Part shown: positions 9,478 through 19,471 of the stretch, piece by piece
Layout of the letters: each line of letters starts with the position of its first letter
How positions within the stretch are numbered: position 1 is the stretch's first letter
NCBI GenBank assembly: GCA_965222115.1
Contig: CBDCTJ010000007.1
Span: 768,001-832,000 of the forward strand
Source of the DNA: Planctomycetota bacterium
Lineage (GTDB): Bacteria; Planctomycetota; PLA2; JAEUHO01
Length of the DNA: 64,000 bases
Direction of reading: 5' to 3'
Notes under the pieces: model-generated
The model's database searches: none
Seen by the model: only the letters and a program-made list of their open reading frames with translations
What the model was told of the DNA's origin: nothing
Position numbers and translations under genes: made by a program

Positions 9478-10707
9478 ATGGTTCGCCATCTACCATTGCT
9501 CGTGTTGCTAGCGCTTGTGCCCTCGGGCTGTGTCAACTACGTCGGTCGGCGTGCGACGGTGGAACAAGCCGTGGCCACGATGCCCGGTACGTCACGCGGC
9601 GCACTTACGTTTGAGCAGGCGGTCGCAAGGCTCGTGCGTGATCATCCGGAATTGCATGTTCTCAGAGCCGAGGCTGCGGCCATCCATCGCACGCCGGGTC
9701 CCGGTTCACTTGAAACGCAGGCCATGGTGGCAGATGGCAATCTGACGGAGACCCTTGTTCGCACCGACATCCTGGCGCTGCTTGGGTTGGGTCCCATTCG
9801 TGGCAAGCGGGCGTTGGCACGTGCCCTCGTTCACGAACGCGTGATGAAGCATCACGAGCGCGCACGTGCGCTTGTCGGTGATTTGGCCACGGCCTACTTG
9901 ACACACCAGTTGTTGCGGACGCTGCCAACGCTTTCGATTGACAGCGATGTGAGTGCCTACAAAGAAGCGGGTTTGCTTCCCGAGGCCACCGCGAAGGCTG
10001 CCCGTGCCATTGCAGAAGAAGCCGCGGCAGAATCCACCGTACTTGAAAGCGAGCTGCGCGAGTTGCGACGGCAGATTGCCGAACTCGTGGGTGCTACGCC
10101 CGACTCCGAGATTACGCCTTCACTCGCAGAAGGTACAAGCGGCGGTGCGTGGCCACCTCTGCCGCAGCCATCGGAAGAACGGCTGGTGTATGGACGCGGC
10201 GACTTGCAGCGTTTGGTTGCGGCCTACCGAGTTGCCGATCGGCGTTTTCGGCTTGCGGTGCAAGAGCAAACGCCCACCGTGCGCCTCGGTGCAGGCGCGA
10301 ATGTCGACCTGAGCTTCCCCATGCAGATGTTGTCGGCGTCGGTGCCACTTGATGGCGCTGAGAAAGCATGTGCGATGGGGCGAGCACGCTTTGCGGCGTG
10401 GCGTAAACTACAGGCCGGCGTGCATGCAGCACGTCATGATGTCAAACAGGCGCGCATTGCACTTGATGCTGCGCGTGCACGTGTCACGGCCGCGCGAAAG
10501 CGAATGGATGCGGCGAAAGCCCTTGCAGAAGCCGAAGCTGGCCGTTTGGAGACCGACCCCGCGGCACTAACACCGTTGGTCCTTGTTTGGGGCCGCGAGA
10601 TTGCCGCGTGGCGTGCCTTGCGTCAGGCTACAAAGGAGTGGGCCATGGCACGCGCACGTGCGGCTGTTGCCTCCGGTTGGCCCTCCGCGGTGGGGGGCAC
10701 TGAGTAA
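9478..10707 (+). CDS. TolC-family outer-membrane protein (lipoprotein)
   Basis: Lipobox PSGC, Ala-rich helical repeats, LTFEQAV motif, first gene of MFP/ABC operon. Confidence 0.75.
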   Translation: MVRHLPLLVLLALVPSGCVNYVGRRATVEQAVATMPGTSRGALTFEQAVARLVRDHPELHVLRAEAAAIHRTPGPGSLETQAMVADGNLTETLVRTDILALLGLGPIRGKRALARALVHERVMKHHERARALVGDLATAYLTHQLLRTLPTLSIDSDVSAYKEAGLLPEATAKAARAIAEEAAAESTVLESELRELRRQIAELVGATPDSEITPSLAEGTSGGAWPPLPQPSEERLVYGRGDLQRLVAAYRVADRRFRLAVQEQTPTVRLGAGANVDLSFPMQMLSASVPLDGAEKACAMGRARFAAWRKLQAGVHAARHDVKQARIALDAARARVTAARKRMDAAKALAEAEAGRLETDPAALTPLVLVWGREIAAWRALRQATKEWAMARARAAVASGWPSAVGGTE

Positions 10708-10726
10708 TCCCGGTCGGGAGTCTTCG

Positions 10727-12313
10727 ATGAACGCCAAGTCAACCGAGTCATCGCATGTCGATCTCGGGGCGTTGCAACGAAGTGCATCTACGCCACCGGC
10801 GAAACGACGTCGTGGGATGTCGGGGCTCATGGTGTGGCTGCTTGTGCTCGGACTCTTGGGCGCGGCGTATGTCGTGTTGCGTCCATTGCTCTTTCCACCC
10901 AAGGATGTCCGTGTCACGCGCGCTGAACGCCTGGACGGTAACGAGGCGTCGCAGGTTTCTCGCGCGACCTATGTCGATGCGCCCGGGTGGATGGAGGCCG
11001 ATCCCTATCCTGTTTCCGTACGCCCGTTTGTGTCGGGCGTGGTGGAAACACTGCATGTACTCGAAGGCACAGCGGTAGAAGTCGGCAATACTGTGCTCGC
11101 CACGCTTCGCAATCCCGACATCGAGAATGCGGTAGACACAGCGAAGGCCCGTGTAGCAACCGCGCGCGAACGCGTGCAATCCGCCGCCGTCGATCTCAAG
11201 GTTGCGACATCGATTCTCGAACAGCGTCTCCCCTTGCGCGAGCGCTTGGCGTCCTTGGAGGGTGATCTCAAGGCCGCCGAAGCGGAGCTTGAGGCCGCGA
11301 AAGCCAAACAGCGCGAGAAGGAACGTGCCATTGAAACGGCCAAAGTGGATGTGCGCGCACAACGCACGCTCACCGCGCGCGGCAAGGGTGCACCGGTTGC
11401 ATTGGCACGCGCAGAGGCGGCCCTTCGAGAAGTTGAAGAGCACGCGCTTGAGATGGAACATCAAACCGAGCGTGCGCAAGCTGCCGCCCATCGCATTCGC
11501 GACCTCATGAAGCTTGCTCAAGAGGGCATCAACGATCCACGCGCGTTGCAAGGCGAAGTAAACAGTCGTCGAGCCGTCTTGGGACTGCGCCGTGCCGAGT
11601 TGCATCAGGCCGAAGTGGATCTTTCCGTAGCACAGAAGAATGCGAGTTATCTAAGCGTAAAGGCGCCCATGACTGGCGTGGTCCTTCGTTTGGAGTGTGC
11701 ACCGGGCGCCACCGTAGGTCCTATGGGTGAGTTCAAGGGAGAAGCGGAAGCCGGATCGTCGGGCGGTCTCAATCGTATGACGGGGTCGATTTGTAGTGTG
11801 TACGACGCCAATTCCATGCAAGCGCGTGTAGATGTGCCGCTGGCTGAGGTCGGTGCAATCGATGTGGGCACGAAAGCCAAGATTACCGTGCGCGCGGTTG
11901 CAGGTCGCACCTTCGATGGCATTGTTACACGACGCGTTCACGAGGCAGACATCAACAAGAATACGTTGCAGGTCAAAGTGCGCGTTGAGAAGCCCGACGG
12001 CCTCTTGCGCCCCGAGATGTTGTGTAGTGCTCGTTTCCTGATTCCGCCGTCTGCGCGCAAGGGAACAACGAAGCCTACGAAGCACGTCACCACAGACGGT
12101 GCCGTGTTTCGCATTCCCAAAGAGGCTGTGCGTGACGGTGCGGTGTACGTGTATGATCCGCGTCACGGCGGTCGTGCGCGCAAGGTCGGCATTGAACTCG
12201 TGCATGAACATGATGGCATGGCCCATGTGCGCGGTGCGCTCACGCGCTCCAGTCAGATTATTCTCGATGCGGTGGCCGACGGTGACGCCGTACGAACTGC
12301 AGGTGCCAATTGA
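10727..12313 (+). CDS. Efflux periplasmic adaptor (HlyD/MacA-like)
   Basis: N-terminal TM, GWMEADP..V, long coiled coil, VKAPMTGVV, LRPEM motif. Confidence 0.88.
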   Translation: MNAKSTESSHVDLGALQRSASTPPAKRRRGMSGLMVWLLVLGLLGAAYVVLRPLLFPPKDVRVTRAERLDGNEASQVSRATYVDAPGWMEADPYPVSVRPFVSGVVETLHVLEGTAVEVGNTVLATLRNPDIENAVDTAKARVATARERVQSAAVDLKVATSILEQRLPLRERLASLEGDLKAAEAELEAAKAKQREKERAIETAKVDVRAQRTLTARGKGAPVALARAEAALREVEEHALEMEHQTERAQAAAHRIRDLMKLAQEGINDPRALQGEVNSRRAVLGLRRAELHQAEVDLSVAQKNASYLSVKAPMTGVVLRLECAPGATVGPMGEFKGEAEAGSSGGLNRMTGSICSVYDANSMQARVDVPLAEVGAIDVGTKAKITVRAVAGRTFDGIVTRRVHEADINKNTLQVKVRVEKPDGLLRPEMLCSARFLIPPSARKGTTKPTKHVTTDGAVFRIPKEAVRDGAVYVYDPRHGGRARKVGIELVHEHDGMAHVRGALTRSSQIILDAVADGDAVRTAGAN

Positions 12314-13047
12314 CGACCGACCGCAAAAGAGCTACAGCCGAACCTTTGATTCGCATGCGCGGGATTACCAAAATCTATCCCGGTCGCGGTGGCGACGTGG
12401 TGCCGCTGCGTGAACTCGATCTCGACATTGAGCGCGGTGCCTTTGTCGCGCTCATGGGTCCCAGTGGCAGTGGTAAGACAACGCTGTTGCATATTTTGGC
12501 GGGCATTGACCGCACAACCCACGGCACGATTCAGGTGGGCGGCGCCGACATTACCCGCATGGGAGCGCGTGCGCTCGCCAAATGGCGCAATCAACACGTG
12601 GGGTTCATTTTTCAGCAGTACAACTTGGTGCCCGTGCTAAACGCGTGGGAAAACGTCGAGTTGCCGCTCCTGCTCATGCCGCTGGGCAAGCGGGAACGCG
12701 CCACGAAAGTGAACGTCGCGCTGGAAGCCGTTGGGCTTGCCGATCGCGCCGATCACTTGCCGCGTGAATTGAGCGGTGGTCAACAGCAGCGCGTGGCGAT
12801 TGCGCGCGCTATTGTGGGTGGCCCCGAACTGATCTTGGCCGATGAGCCCACCGGTAACCTCGATGAGACTTCCGCCGATGCGGTGTTGGCGCTCTTGTCC
12901 GAACTTCATGAGCGCTTTGGTCAAACGTTAATGATGGTGACCCACGATCCGCGTGCCGCCGCGGCAGCCGAGCGCGTGATTCGCCTGCGCCGAGGACAGA
13001 TTGAACACTCGACGGCGCCCAAGGTCGTGCGGGAAGAGCGCGCATGA
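12310..13047 (+). CDS. ABC transporter ATP-binding protein (LolD/MacB type)
   Basis: Walker [22 protein letters not shown], Walker [16 protein letters not shown]. Confidence 0.96.
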   Translation: MTTDRKRATAEPLIRMRGITKIYPGRGGDVVPLRELDLDIERGAFVALMGPSGSGKTTLLHILAGIDRTTHGTIQVGGADITRMGARALAKWRNQHVGFIFQQYNLVPVLNAWENVELPLLLMPLGKRERATKVNVALEAVGLADRADHLPRELSGGQQQRVAIARAIVGGPELILADEPTGNLDETSADAVLALLSELHERFGQTLMMVTHDPRAAAAAERVIRLRRGQIEHSTAPKVVREERA

Positions 13048-14183
13048 AATCCTTTTGGCGACTGATGACCTATGTGCGGCGCACGATTGTTCGCGCGCGG
13101 CTGCGCTCGCTTCTGACCGTATTGGGCGCGGCGTTGGCGCTGGGGCTGTTTGCATTCGTATTCATGCTTGAGCGGGGCGTCAATCGCATGCACGAACAGG
13201 CCGATCAACCGGTCCTGGTCGTGTTCCAGTCGAGCCGATTTTGCCCGCTCACCTCACTTTTGCCCATGCGCTACCTCGATGAAATCAAATCCGTAGACGG
13301 CGTGGACCACGTCTTACCCACGTTGATGTACATCAATTCGTGCCGCGCCAATCTCGATCTCGTAACGCTGCACGGAGTCGATGGCGACGTCCTTCCTCAA
13401 GTCCATGATCTTGATGTGTTCGATGGCGATCTTTCCGCGTGGCAGGCGCTAGACGACGGCGCCTTGGTGGGTCAACGCTTGGCCGAACGTCGCGGCCTCA
13501 AGGTGGGGGATCGCGTTCGGCTGACCAATGTTGATGTGAAGGTGGCCGGCATCTACAAGTCGCCAGGCGCGGGGCTCGACAACATTGCGTTCGTGCAACT
13601 GGATCAGCTTCAGCTTGCTCGCAAGCAACAGGGCATTGCCACCGAGTTCTTTGTGCGCGTGAAAGAGGGCACGGACCCACAACGCGTGGCCGAGATCATC
13701 GACACGAAGTTCGCCAAGGCTGAACAGCCGACCGACACCAAGACCATGCAGGCGTTTGTGCAGGGCGCGGTGGGCGAAGTGGCTGAAGTTGTGGACTTTG
13801 CACGCTTGCTTGGCTACGTCGCCGTGGCGATAGTGATTTTGCTTGTTGGTAATACGGTGTACATCAGCGCGCAAACGCGTCGCCGCGAACTAGGTGTGAT
13901 GGAGACGATTGGGGTTACGAAGCCCATGCTTGGCGGCCTCGTGGCTATGGAGAGCGTGTTCCTAAGTCTTCTCGGTGGAGTCATCGGCGTGGGTGTGGTC
14001 GCGCTCGTTGCCACGCTGTCGCCGATCACGTTGGGGATTGAGGGCTGGGGCATCGACATCAAGCCAGACACGGCACTGTTTGTCGTGGGTGGCGCGTTGG
14101 CACTTGCGGTGGGCGTGATTGCGGCGATTGGCCCCGCGCTCCTTGCCTGTACCCAGTCACTTGGCGCGGCCGTGAAGGCGTAG
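13044..14183 (+). CDS. ABC transporter permease (FtsX/MacB family)
   Basis: RSLLTVLG TM1, periplasmic domain, RRRELGVMETIG, three C-terminal TMs. Confidence 0.9.
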   Translation: MKSFWRLMTYVRRTIVRARLRSLLTVLGAALALGLFAFVFMLERGVNRMHEQADQPVLVVFQSSRFCPLTSLLPMRYLDEIKSVDGVDHVLPTLMYINSCRANLDLVTLHGVDGDVLPQVHDLDVFDGDLSAWQALDDGALVGQRLAERRGLKVGDRVRLTNVDVKVAGIYKSPGAGLDNIAFVQLDQLQLARKQQGIATEFFVRVKEGTDPQRVAEIIDTKFAKAEQPTDTKTMQAFVQGAVGEVAEVVDFARLLGYVAVAIVILLVGNTVYISAQTRRRELGVMETIGVTKPMLGGLVAMESVFLSLLGGVIGVGVVALVATLSPITLGIEGWGIDIKPDTALFVVGGALALAVGVIAAIGPALLACTQSLGAAVKA

Positions 14184-14202
14184 AACTCAAGGGTCATTTT
14201 TC

Positions 14203-15345
14203 TTGTTACCGCTTGCGTACACATTCCGAAATCTCTGGCGACGCCGCACGCGAACGGTGTTGACGTTGATTGGTATTGCGTTGATCACCGTACAAGTGAT
14301 TTTGGTTGCTGGTTTTGCGCGTGCATTGGCCAAGAGTGCATCGGCGACAGCATCGCCGAACGTGGGCATCTTGGTGGGCACCACTGGCGAACATGATTTG
14401 GTGCGCTCCGTTATCTCGCGGGGCAATGCAGAAGCTGTCGCGGCCGGTCTCCCAGGCGTTGCAACCGTAGGCGACCAGCGCGCCGTGAGTGTTGAGCTTC
14501 ATTCGGCGAGTCGTCGCGGCAATGCCGTGGCGTTGATGCGCGGTGTTACGCCGTCTGCGTATCTCGTCCATGAACGTCTTACGGTAGTTGACGGCCGTGA
14601 ACCCGATGCGCCCTATGAACTTTTGGCGGGCCGCTTGGCGGCCTCGCGCATGGGCGTAGACGACGCCGACATGTCCATCGGCAAACAGGTAGAGCTCGAA
14701 GGTCGCAAGTGGACAGTGGTGGGTCACTTTGCTGCGCCCGGTACTGTGCTTGAAGCGGAACTGTGGGTGCGTCTCGATGACCTTGTGCAGAGCGTGGGGC
14801 GCCAAGATGTTTCCTGCGTTGCCGCACGTTGGCCCGATGCGCGATCCATGAAACGTGGGCGCGTATGGACCGCGCGAAACGCAGTGAGCTATGAGGTGTC
14901 GTTCGTTGAAGAAACAGCGCTGTACGAGACCTTACAACAGCAGTTGGATCCCATCGTTGCGCTCAGTTGGCTGATGGCATTGCTTGTGTTAATCGCCGGC
15001 ATCTTTGCATGCACCAACACCATGTTTGCCGCAGTGCTCGCGCGCACGCGAGAGATGGGTGCGCTGCGCGCGATCGGTTTCCGGCCGTCATCGATCGGTA
15101 TAAGCCTCGTATTGGAATCGTTAATCTTGGGCCTCGTTGGCGGCCTGATCGGATTCTGGGTGGCGGGGTTCTTCCAAGAGATCCCCATGAAATTCCCCAT
15201 GGGCGCGTTTTCCATTGACCTGTCCCCGGGAATGCGTCTGTTTGGATTGGGAACGGCCCTTGTCGCCGGCTTGATTGGTGGTTTGATACCTGCGTGGCGC
15301 ACGATGCGCATGCCGCTGGTTGATGCCCTCGGAGGTCGACTGTAA
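14203..15345 (+). CDS. ABC transporter permease (FtsX/MacB family)
   Basis: RNLWRRRTRTVLT, NTMFAAVLARTREMGALRAIGF. Confidence 0.92.
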   Translation: MLPLAYTFRNLWRRRTRTVLTLIGIALITVQVILVAGFARALAKSASATASPNVGILVGTTGEHDLVRSVISRGNAEAVAAGLPGVATVGDQRAVSVELHSASRRGNAVALMRGVTPSAYLVHERLTVVDGREPDAPYELLAGRLAASRMGVDDADMSIGKQVELEGRKWTVVGHFAAPGTVLEAELWVRLDDLVQSVGRQDVSCVAARWPDARSMKRGRVWTARNAVSYEVSFVEETALYETLQQQLDPIVALSWLMALLVLIAGIFACTNTMFAAVLARTREMGALRAIGFRPSSIGISLVLESLILGLVGGLIGFWVAGFFQEIPMKFPMGAFSIDLSPGMRLFGLGTALVAGLIGGLIPAWRTMRMPLVDALGGRL

Positions 15346-15905
15346 TGAGCTCTACTCGACGTGTGGTTTCGCTTGCGCTCAGTCTGGGTTGCTTGGTTCT
15401 TGTCGCATGTGGTGATTCGACCACAGCGAGCGAGGCAACGAAGCCTGGCGCCGCTACAACAACCGTTTCGTTCGAACGCGGTAGCGACATCAAGGATGCC
15501 GAATCCGTTATGGACATAACCGCCTTGAAAGAAGGCGACACGGTTGCGTTGCATGGCCGTGTAAAGCAAATCACCAAGGGATTCGCATCATTTGTCATGA
15601 TCGACGACGAGCTTGAATGGTGCGGGCGCGATCCCGGCGAAGACTGCGGATGTCCCACACCCTGGGACTACTGTTGCGCCGACCCCAAGGCCGTAAAGTT
15701 GGGTTCGATCGCCGTGGAGTACCACGACAACGCAGGCGAAATTGTGGAATCGAAGGATCTCGGCCTGCGCGTGCTCGATTGGGTGGCCGTCAAAGGCACG
15801 CTCGCCAAGAACGAAGCGGGCGGGCTCTACCTTGTCACGAAGGACGGTTGGCATCGACGTGAACGACCGACGATCGACGGCATCGATTGGACCAAGGCCA
15901 AGTAG
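15345..15905 (+). CDS. Cys-rich lipoprotein with OB-fold-like core
   Basis: Lipobox LVAC; WCGRDPGEDCGCPTPWDYCC; TAATG overlap with permease. Confidence 0.8.
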   Translation: MSSTRRVVSLALSLGCLVLVACGDSTTASEATKPGAATTTVSFERGSDIKDAESVMDITALKEGDTVALHGRVKQITKGFASFVMIDDELEWCGRDPGEDCGCPTPWDYCCADPKAVKLGSIAVEYHDNAGEIVESKDLGLRVLDWVAVKGTLAKNEAGGLYLVTKDGWHRRERPTIDGIDWTKAK

Positions 15906-16084
15906 GCCACGCGCTTGCGTCCTTCAAGCCAATAACCAATCATATTACGAACGCCCGCTCGGGCCTTTCGATGCTCCCCCATCGCTCATTCGTTAGGGTG
16001 GATTTGGCCGCGGCGTCGTTGCCGCGGCTCTTCGTCATCCGTACAAACCGCGCTTGAACGAATCGGGCGCACAGGAGTGTAGTA

Positions 16085-16702
16085 ATGAAACATCGCTACG
16101 TTTTGCTGGCGCTGGTTGGCGCGCTTTCCATTGGTGTGTTTGCGGGCACAGGTCTCTCCGAAGAGAGTGCGCCAAGTCCGGAAGACATGATGAAAGAGCA
16201 CTTCAAGGTCCATACACCAGGACCGTTTCAGAAGTTGATCGCGGGCTTCGCGGGCACATGGGATACAGAGACGAGTATGTGGTGGGGCCCGGGTGAGCCG
16301 TCCAAGTCCACAGGTAAGTCGGTGAACACGATGACCTGCGGAGGGCGATTTTTAAAACAGGCCTATTCCGGATCCATGATGAACATGCCCCTCAAAGGCG
16401 AAGCGCTACTTGGCCACGACAACTATGGCAAGCGCTTCCAAATGACATGGCATGACCAAATGACGACGTCCATTAGCGTGTATGAGGGTCCATCAACGGC
16501 TGACGCGAAGGCGATAGTGGTTCGTGGAGTCATGAACTCGCCACAAGGCAAGATGACGGATCAGTGGACCTACACCTTTGAAGGCGCGGACAAAGTGGTT
16601 GCCGTTCGTCACATGGGTGCCGAAGGAGCGACCGGCGACAAGCTGAAGAAAAACATGCAAATCGTTTACACCCGCGCCAAGAAAGAGGGCGCCACGAAAT
16701 AG
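16085..16702 (+). CDS. DUF1579-family secreted protein
   Basis: Signal peptide; PGP..LIAGFAGTW, GGRFL, G.D...KRFQMTW.D.MTT, IVYTR pattern. Confidence 0.85.
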   Translation: MKHRYVLLALVGALSIGVFAGTGLSEESAPSPEDMMKEHFKVHTPGPFQKLIAGFAGTWDTETSMWWGPGEPSKSTGKSVNTMTCGGRFLKQAYSGSMMNMPLKGEALLGHDNYGKRFQMTWHDQMTTSISVYEGPSTADAKAIVVRGVMNSPQGKMTDQWTYTFEGADKVVAVRHMGAEGATGDKLKKNMQIVYTRAKKEGATK

Positions 16703-16728
16703 CATTCGTACCGTTTCGCTTCGACTTG

Positions 16729-16760
16729 CGCCGCGGCTGTTCAAATGGCCGCGGCGTTTT
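16729..16760 (+). terminator. Intrinsic terminator
   Basis: CGCCGCGGC...GCCGCGGCG stem followed by TTTT after the DUF1579 gene. Confidence 0.65.
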
Positions 16761-16791
16761 CGTACCCTCTATTTGATGTCAGGTAGGTCGA

Positions 16792-17907
16792 ATGAAGTTC
16801 ACAGTAGGTGTTGTCGCCGTTGGTCTTGCGGCCATCACCACGTGCATGAGTGCCCCGCGTGCCGAATCGGGTCCAAAGGAAATAGCCACTATGGATCTAA
16901 CGGTCGAGCACGTAACCGCATTTGCGACGTTGGCGCTCAATGGCATTCATCGCGAGTATCCCAACAAGCCGTCCAACGTGATGATCGATGCTAAGTCCGT
17001 TCGATCGCCTCGCGAAATGCACCCCGCGTTCTACGGATGTTTTGACTGGCACTCCTCGGTGCACGGGCACTTTTTGCTTGTGCGTGTGTTGCGCATGTTT
17101 CCGAAGGCACCCATCGCCGAGACCATTGAGCGTGCGCTCGATACAAGCCTCACGAAGGCGAATCTAGAAGCCGAGGCAGCCTACTTTCGGGAGCCTCACA
17201 ATGCGTCCTTCGAACGCATGTACGGCTGGGCATGGGCGCTCAAGCTCGCACAAGAGCTACGCACGTGGAACGACGCGCGCGCGACGCGTTGGGCGGAGCA
17301 TCTGAAGCCGCTTGAGACGATCATCGTGTCGAGAACCATGGCGTTCTTGCCCAAGTTGCGCGGACCGATTCGATCGGGACTGCATATCGATTCGGCCTTT
17401 GGGTTGGCGTGGATCCTCGACTATGCCCGGGCCGTAGCCAACAAACCGCTGGAAGCACTCATCGTGAAGGCCGCCAAACGGCTCTACGAGAAGGACGTTC
17501 GCTATCCCGTGGCCTATGAACCCTCTGCCTTTGACTTTTTTTCGGCGGGGCTCAACGAGGCCGATCTCATGCGGCGCGTATTGGATGCGAAGGCATTCGC
17601 AACGTGGCTCGACGCGTTCCTGCCCGACATGCAGGGTAAAGGGCTGGGTCCCTTGGCAACACCCGCGGTGGTTGACCATCCCGAGGACGGCCACCTCGTA
17701 CACCAGGCGGGTCTCAACCTCGCGCGGGCGTGGACCATGAGGGGCATTGCGTCGGGACTCCCCAATGATGATGCCCGACGCGCGACGTTGCATACGTTGG
17801 CGACGAATCATATTCGCGAAGGACTCAAGTACGTAACCAGCGGGCATTACGAAGGCGAACACTGGCTCGCGACGTTCGCGTTGGTCGCCTTGACCAATGA
17901 GGGCTAG
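16792..17907 (+). CDS. DUF2891-family protein
   Basis: EYPNK, HPAFYGCFDWHSSVHGH, FERMYGWAW, YEGEHWLATFA motifs. Confidence 0.9.
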   Translation: MKFTVGVVAVGLAAITTCMSAPRAESGPKEIATMDLTVEHVTAFATLALNGIHREYPNKPSNVMIDAKSVRSPREMHPAFYGCFDWHSSVHGHFLLVRVLRMFPKAPIAETIERALDTSLTKANLEAEAAYFREPHNASFERMYGWAWALKLAQELRTWNDARATRWAEHLKPLETIIVSRTMAFLPKLRGPIRSGLHIDSAFGLAWILDYARAVANKPLEALIVKAAKRLYEKDVRYPVAYEPSAFDFFSAGLNEADLMRRVLDAKAFATWLDAFLPDMQGKGLGPLATPAVVDHPEDGHLVHQAGLNLARAWTMRGIASGLPNDDARRATLHTLATNHIREGLKYVTSGHYEGEHWLATFALVALTNEG

Positions 17908-17980
17908 CCCGGGTTATTCATGAAGGGGATTATATACTTGACTCAAGGCCCTGTCCACCCTAGAATCAGCCATCATGAGC

Positions 17981-18115
17981 CTACTTCTTCTTGCTCTTGG
18001 GTTTCTCGGCCTCGATAGCGTCACGGACTTTCTTAGGGAAGACGCGACGGAAGGCTTGTTTGTCCGTGAGCAGGATGGCGGGTTTCCTACGTTTGGCCTT
18101 TTTCTTCTTAGGCAT
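17981..18115 (-). CDS. Small Lys-rich protein (44 aa) divergent from the transposase
   Basis: Read manually: MPKKKKAKRRKPAILLTDKQAFRRVFPKKVRDAIEAEKPKSKKK. Confidence 0.5.
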   Translation of the reverse strand: MPKKKKAKRRKPAILLTDKQAFRRVFPKKVRDAIEAEKPKSKKK

Positions 18116-18126
18116 GGGGGTTCCTG

Positions 18127-19038
18127 ATGGTGTCGAATATGGATCTTGGGAAGTTGATCGAGCAGTTCAGGTGTGACGATGAGTGCAGGCAGTATCTAGA
18201 GGACCTTCGGTGGCCTGACGGCCCACAGTGCCCGGATTGCGGGTCTATGTCGGTGTCAAACGTGGAGAAGCGTCCGGTTTATGACTGCAACCATTGTCGC
18301 TACCAGTTCTCAGTCACAGTGCAAACCGTGATGGAGAATACGAAGCTGCCACTTTGGAAGTGGTTCCTCGCAGCATACCTCATGTGCGAGTCGAAGAAGG
18401 GAATCAGTGCCAACCAGTTGAAGCGGATGCTCAGGATCTCCTACAAGACCGCTTGGCACCTGTGCCACCGGATCAGGGCGGCCATGGGATCTATCGCTGA
18501 GAATCCATTGTCGGGCGTTGTAGAGGTGGATGAGACCTACATGGGTGGCAGCACCGATGGGCGCCGTGGCAAGAGGTCAAAGGGGAAGAAGAGGCGGGGG
18601 CGCGGTACGGACAAGACCATGGTGGTGGGTGCTGTTCAGCGTGAGGGGCAGATCCGGTTGAAGGTGACGCCCGGTAGGGCGACCAAGAAGACCCTCCACA
18701 AGTTCGTGGAGGACCACGCTGGAGAGGCTGAGAGGGTCATCACCGATGGGTACAGGGGCTACCGTGGCATCCCTGGACATGAGTGGATCGATAAGGACAA
18801 GGATGGCTATGTTTCGGCTGGTGGGGTGAACACACAGGCCATTGAGAGCGTTTGGAGCCTGTTCAAGCGGTCTGTGGTGGGGACGTACCACAACATGAGC
18901 ACGAAGCACCTACCTGCCTACCTGGACGAAATGGAGTGGCGGTTCAACAACCGTGGAAACGAGTACATGTTCCGTGACACGATGCTGGCGATGCTTGGGT
19001 GTGGGCCGGTGCCGTATCAGGAGTTGATTGGGAACTAA
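18127..19038 (+). CDS. IS1595-family transposase
   Basis: RWPDGPQCPDCG...CNHC Zn ribbon, KKGISA.QL HTH, VEVDETY, ITDG, NTQAIESVWSLFKR, YLDEMEWRFN. Confidence 0.96.
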   Translation: MVSNMDLGKLIEQFRCDDECRQYLEDLRWPDGPQCPDCGSMSVSNVEKRPVYDCNHCRYQFSVTVQTVMENTKLPLWKWFLAAYLMCESKKGISANQLKRMLRISYKTAWHLCHRIRAAMGSIAENPLSGVVEVDETYMGGSTDGRRGKRSKGKKRRGRGTDKTMVVGAVQREGQIRLKVTPGRATKKTLHKFVEDHAGEAERVITDGYRGYRGIPGHEWIDKDKDGYVSAGGVNTQAIESVWSLFKRSVVGTYHNMSTKHLPAYLDEMEWRFNNRGNEYMFRDTMLAMLGCGPVPYQELIGN

Positions 19039-19048
19039 CAGGTTTTCG

Positions 19049-19471
19049 CTAGCCAGCTTGCTCTGTATCCGATGATTCAATCAACTCCTGGGTCACTAGC
19101 ACACCTAGCACTTCTGGAGGGGTGTGAGGAGAACGGGCGAACCCATTCGCAATCCTACGCATTAGACCCGTTGAAATAGGAGACTGACGGAAGAGTTTGT
19201 TGTCGCTCTCAAGAGAATACAATGTACCGATCGGGACGACCTTGGCCATTGCGTAATATACTATCGTGCTGTGGGTAACCCACGGATGCTCATTTGATTC
19301 GATCTGACAAGTCGCATCTAGCCCCGCCCTGCTTGTCGTCAGATTGACAATGGCGACTCGATCAGGATCGCTTCCGGGGTGTGAGCACACAATCCACAAG
19401 TGTGAGTCAATATCCGGTCTACTCGGCAACAGAAAAGTGTCACCGTAGCGCAGTGAACTAGCTTGGCTCAT
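19049..19471 (-). CDS. Putative PemK/MazF-like toxin
   Basis: GDTFLL...HLWIVCS...VAIVNLTT...HPWV..STIVYY resembles the PemK SH3-like fold; 4-bp overlap with Panacea gene. Confidence 0.55.
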   Translation of the reverse strand: MSQASSLRYGDTFLLPSRPDIDSHLWIVCSHPGSDPDRVAIVNLTTSRAGLDATCQIESNEHPWVTHSTIVYYAMAKVVPIGTLYSLESDNKLFRQSPISTGLMRRIANGFARSPHTPPEVLGVLVTQELIESSDTEQAG

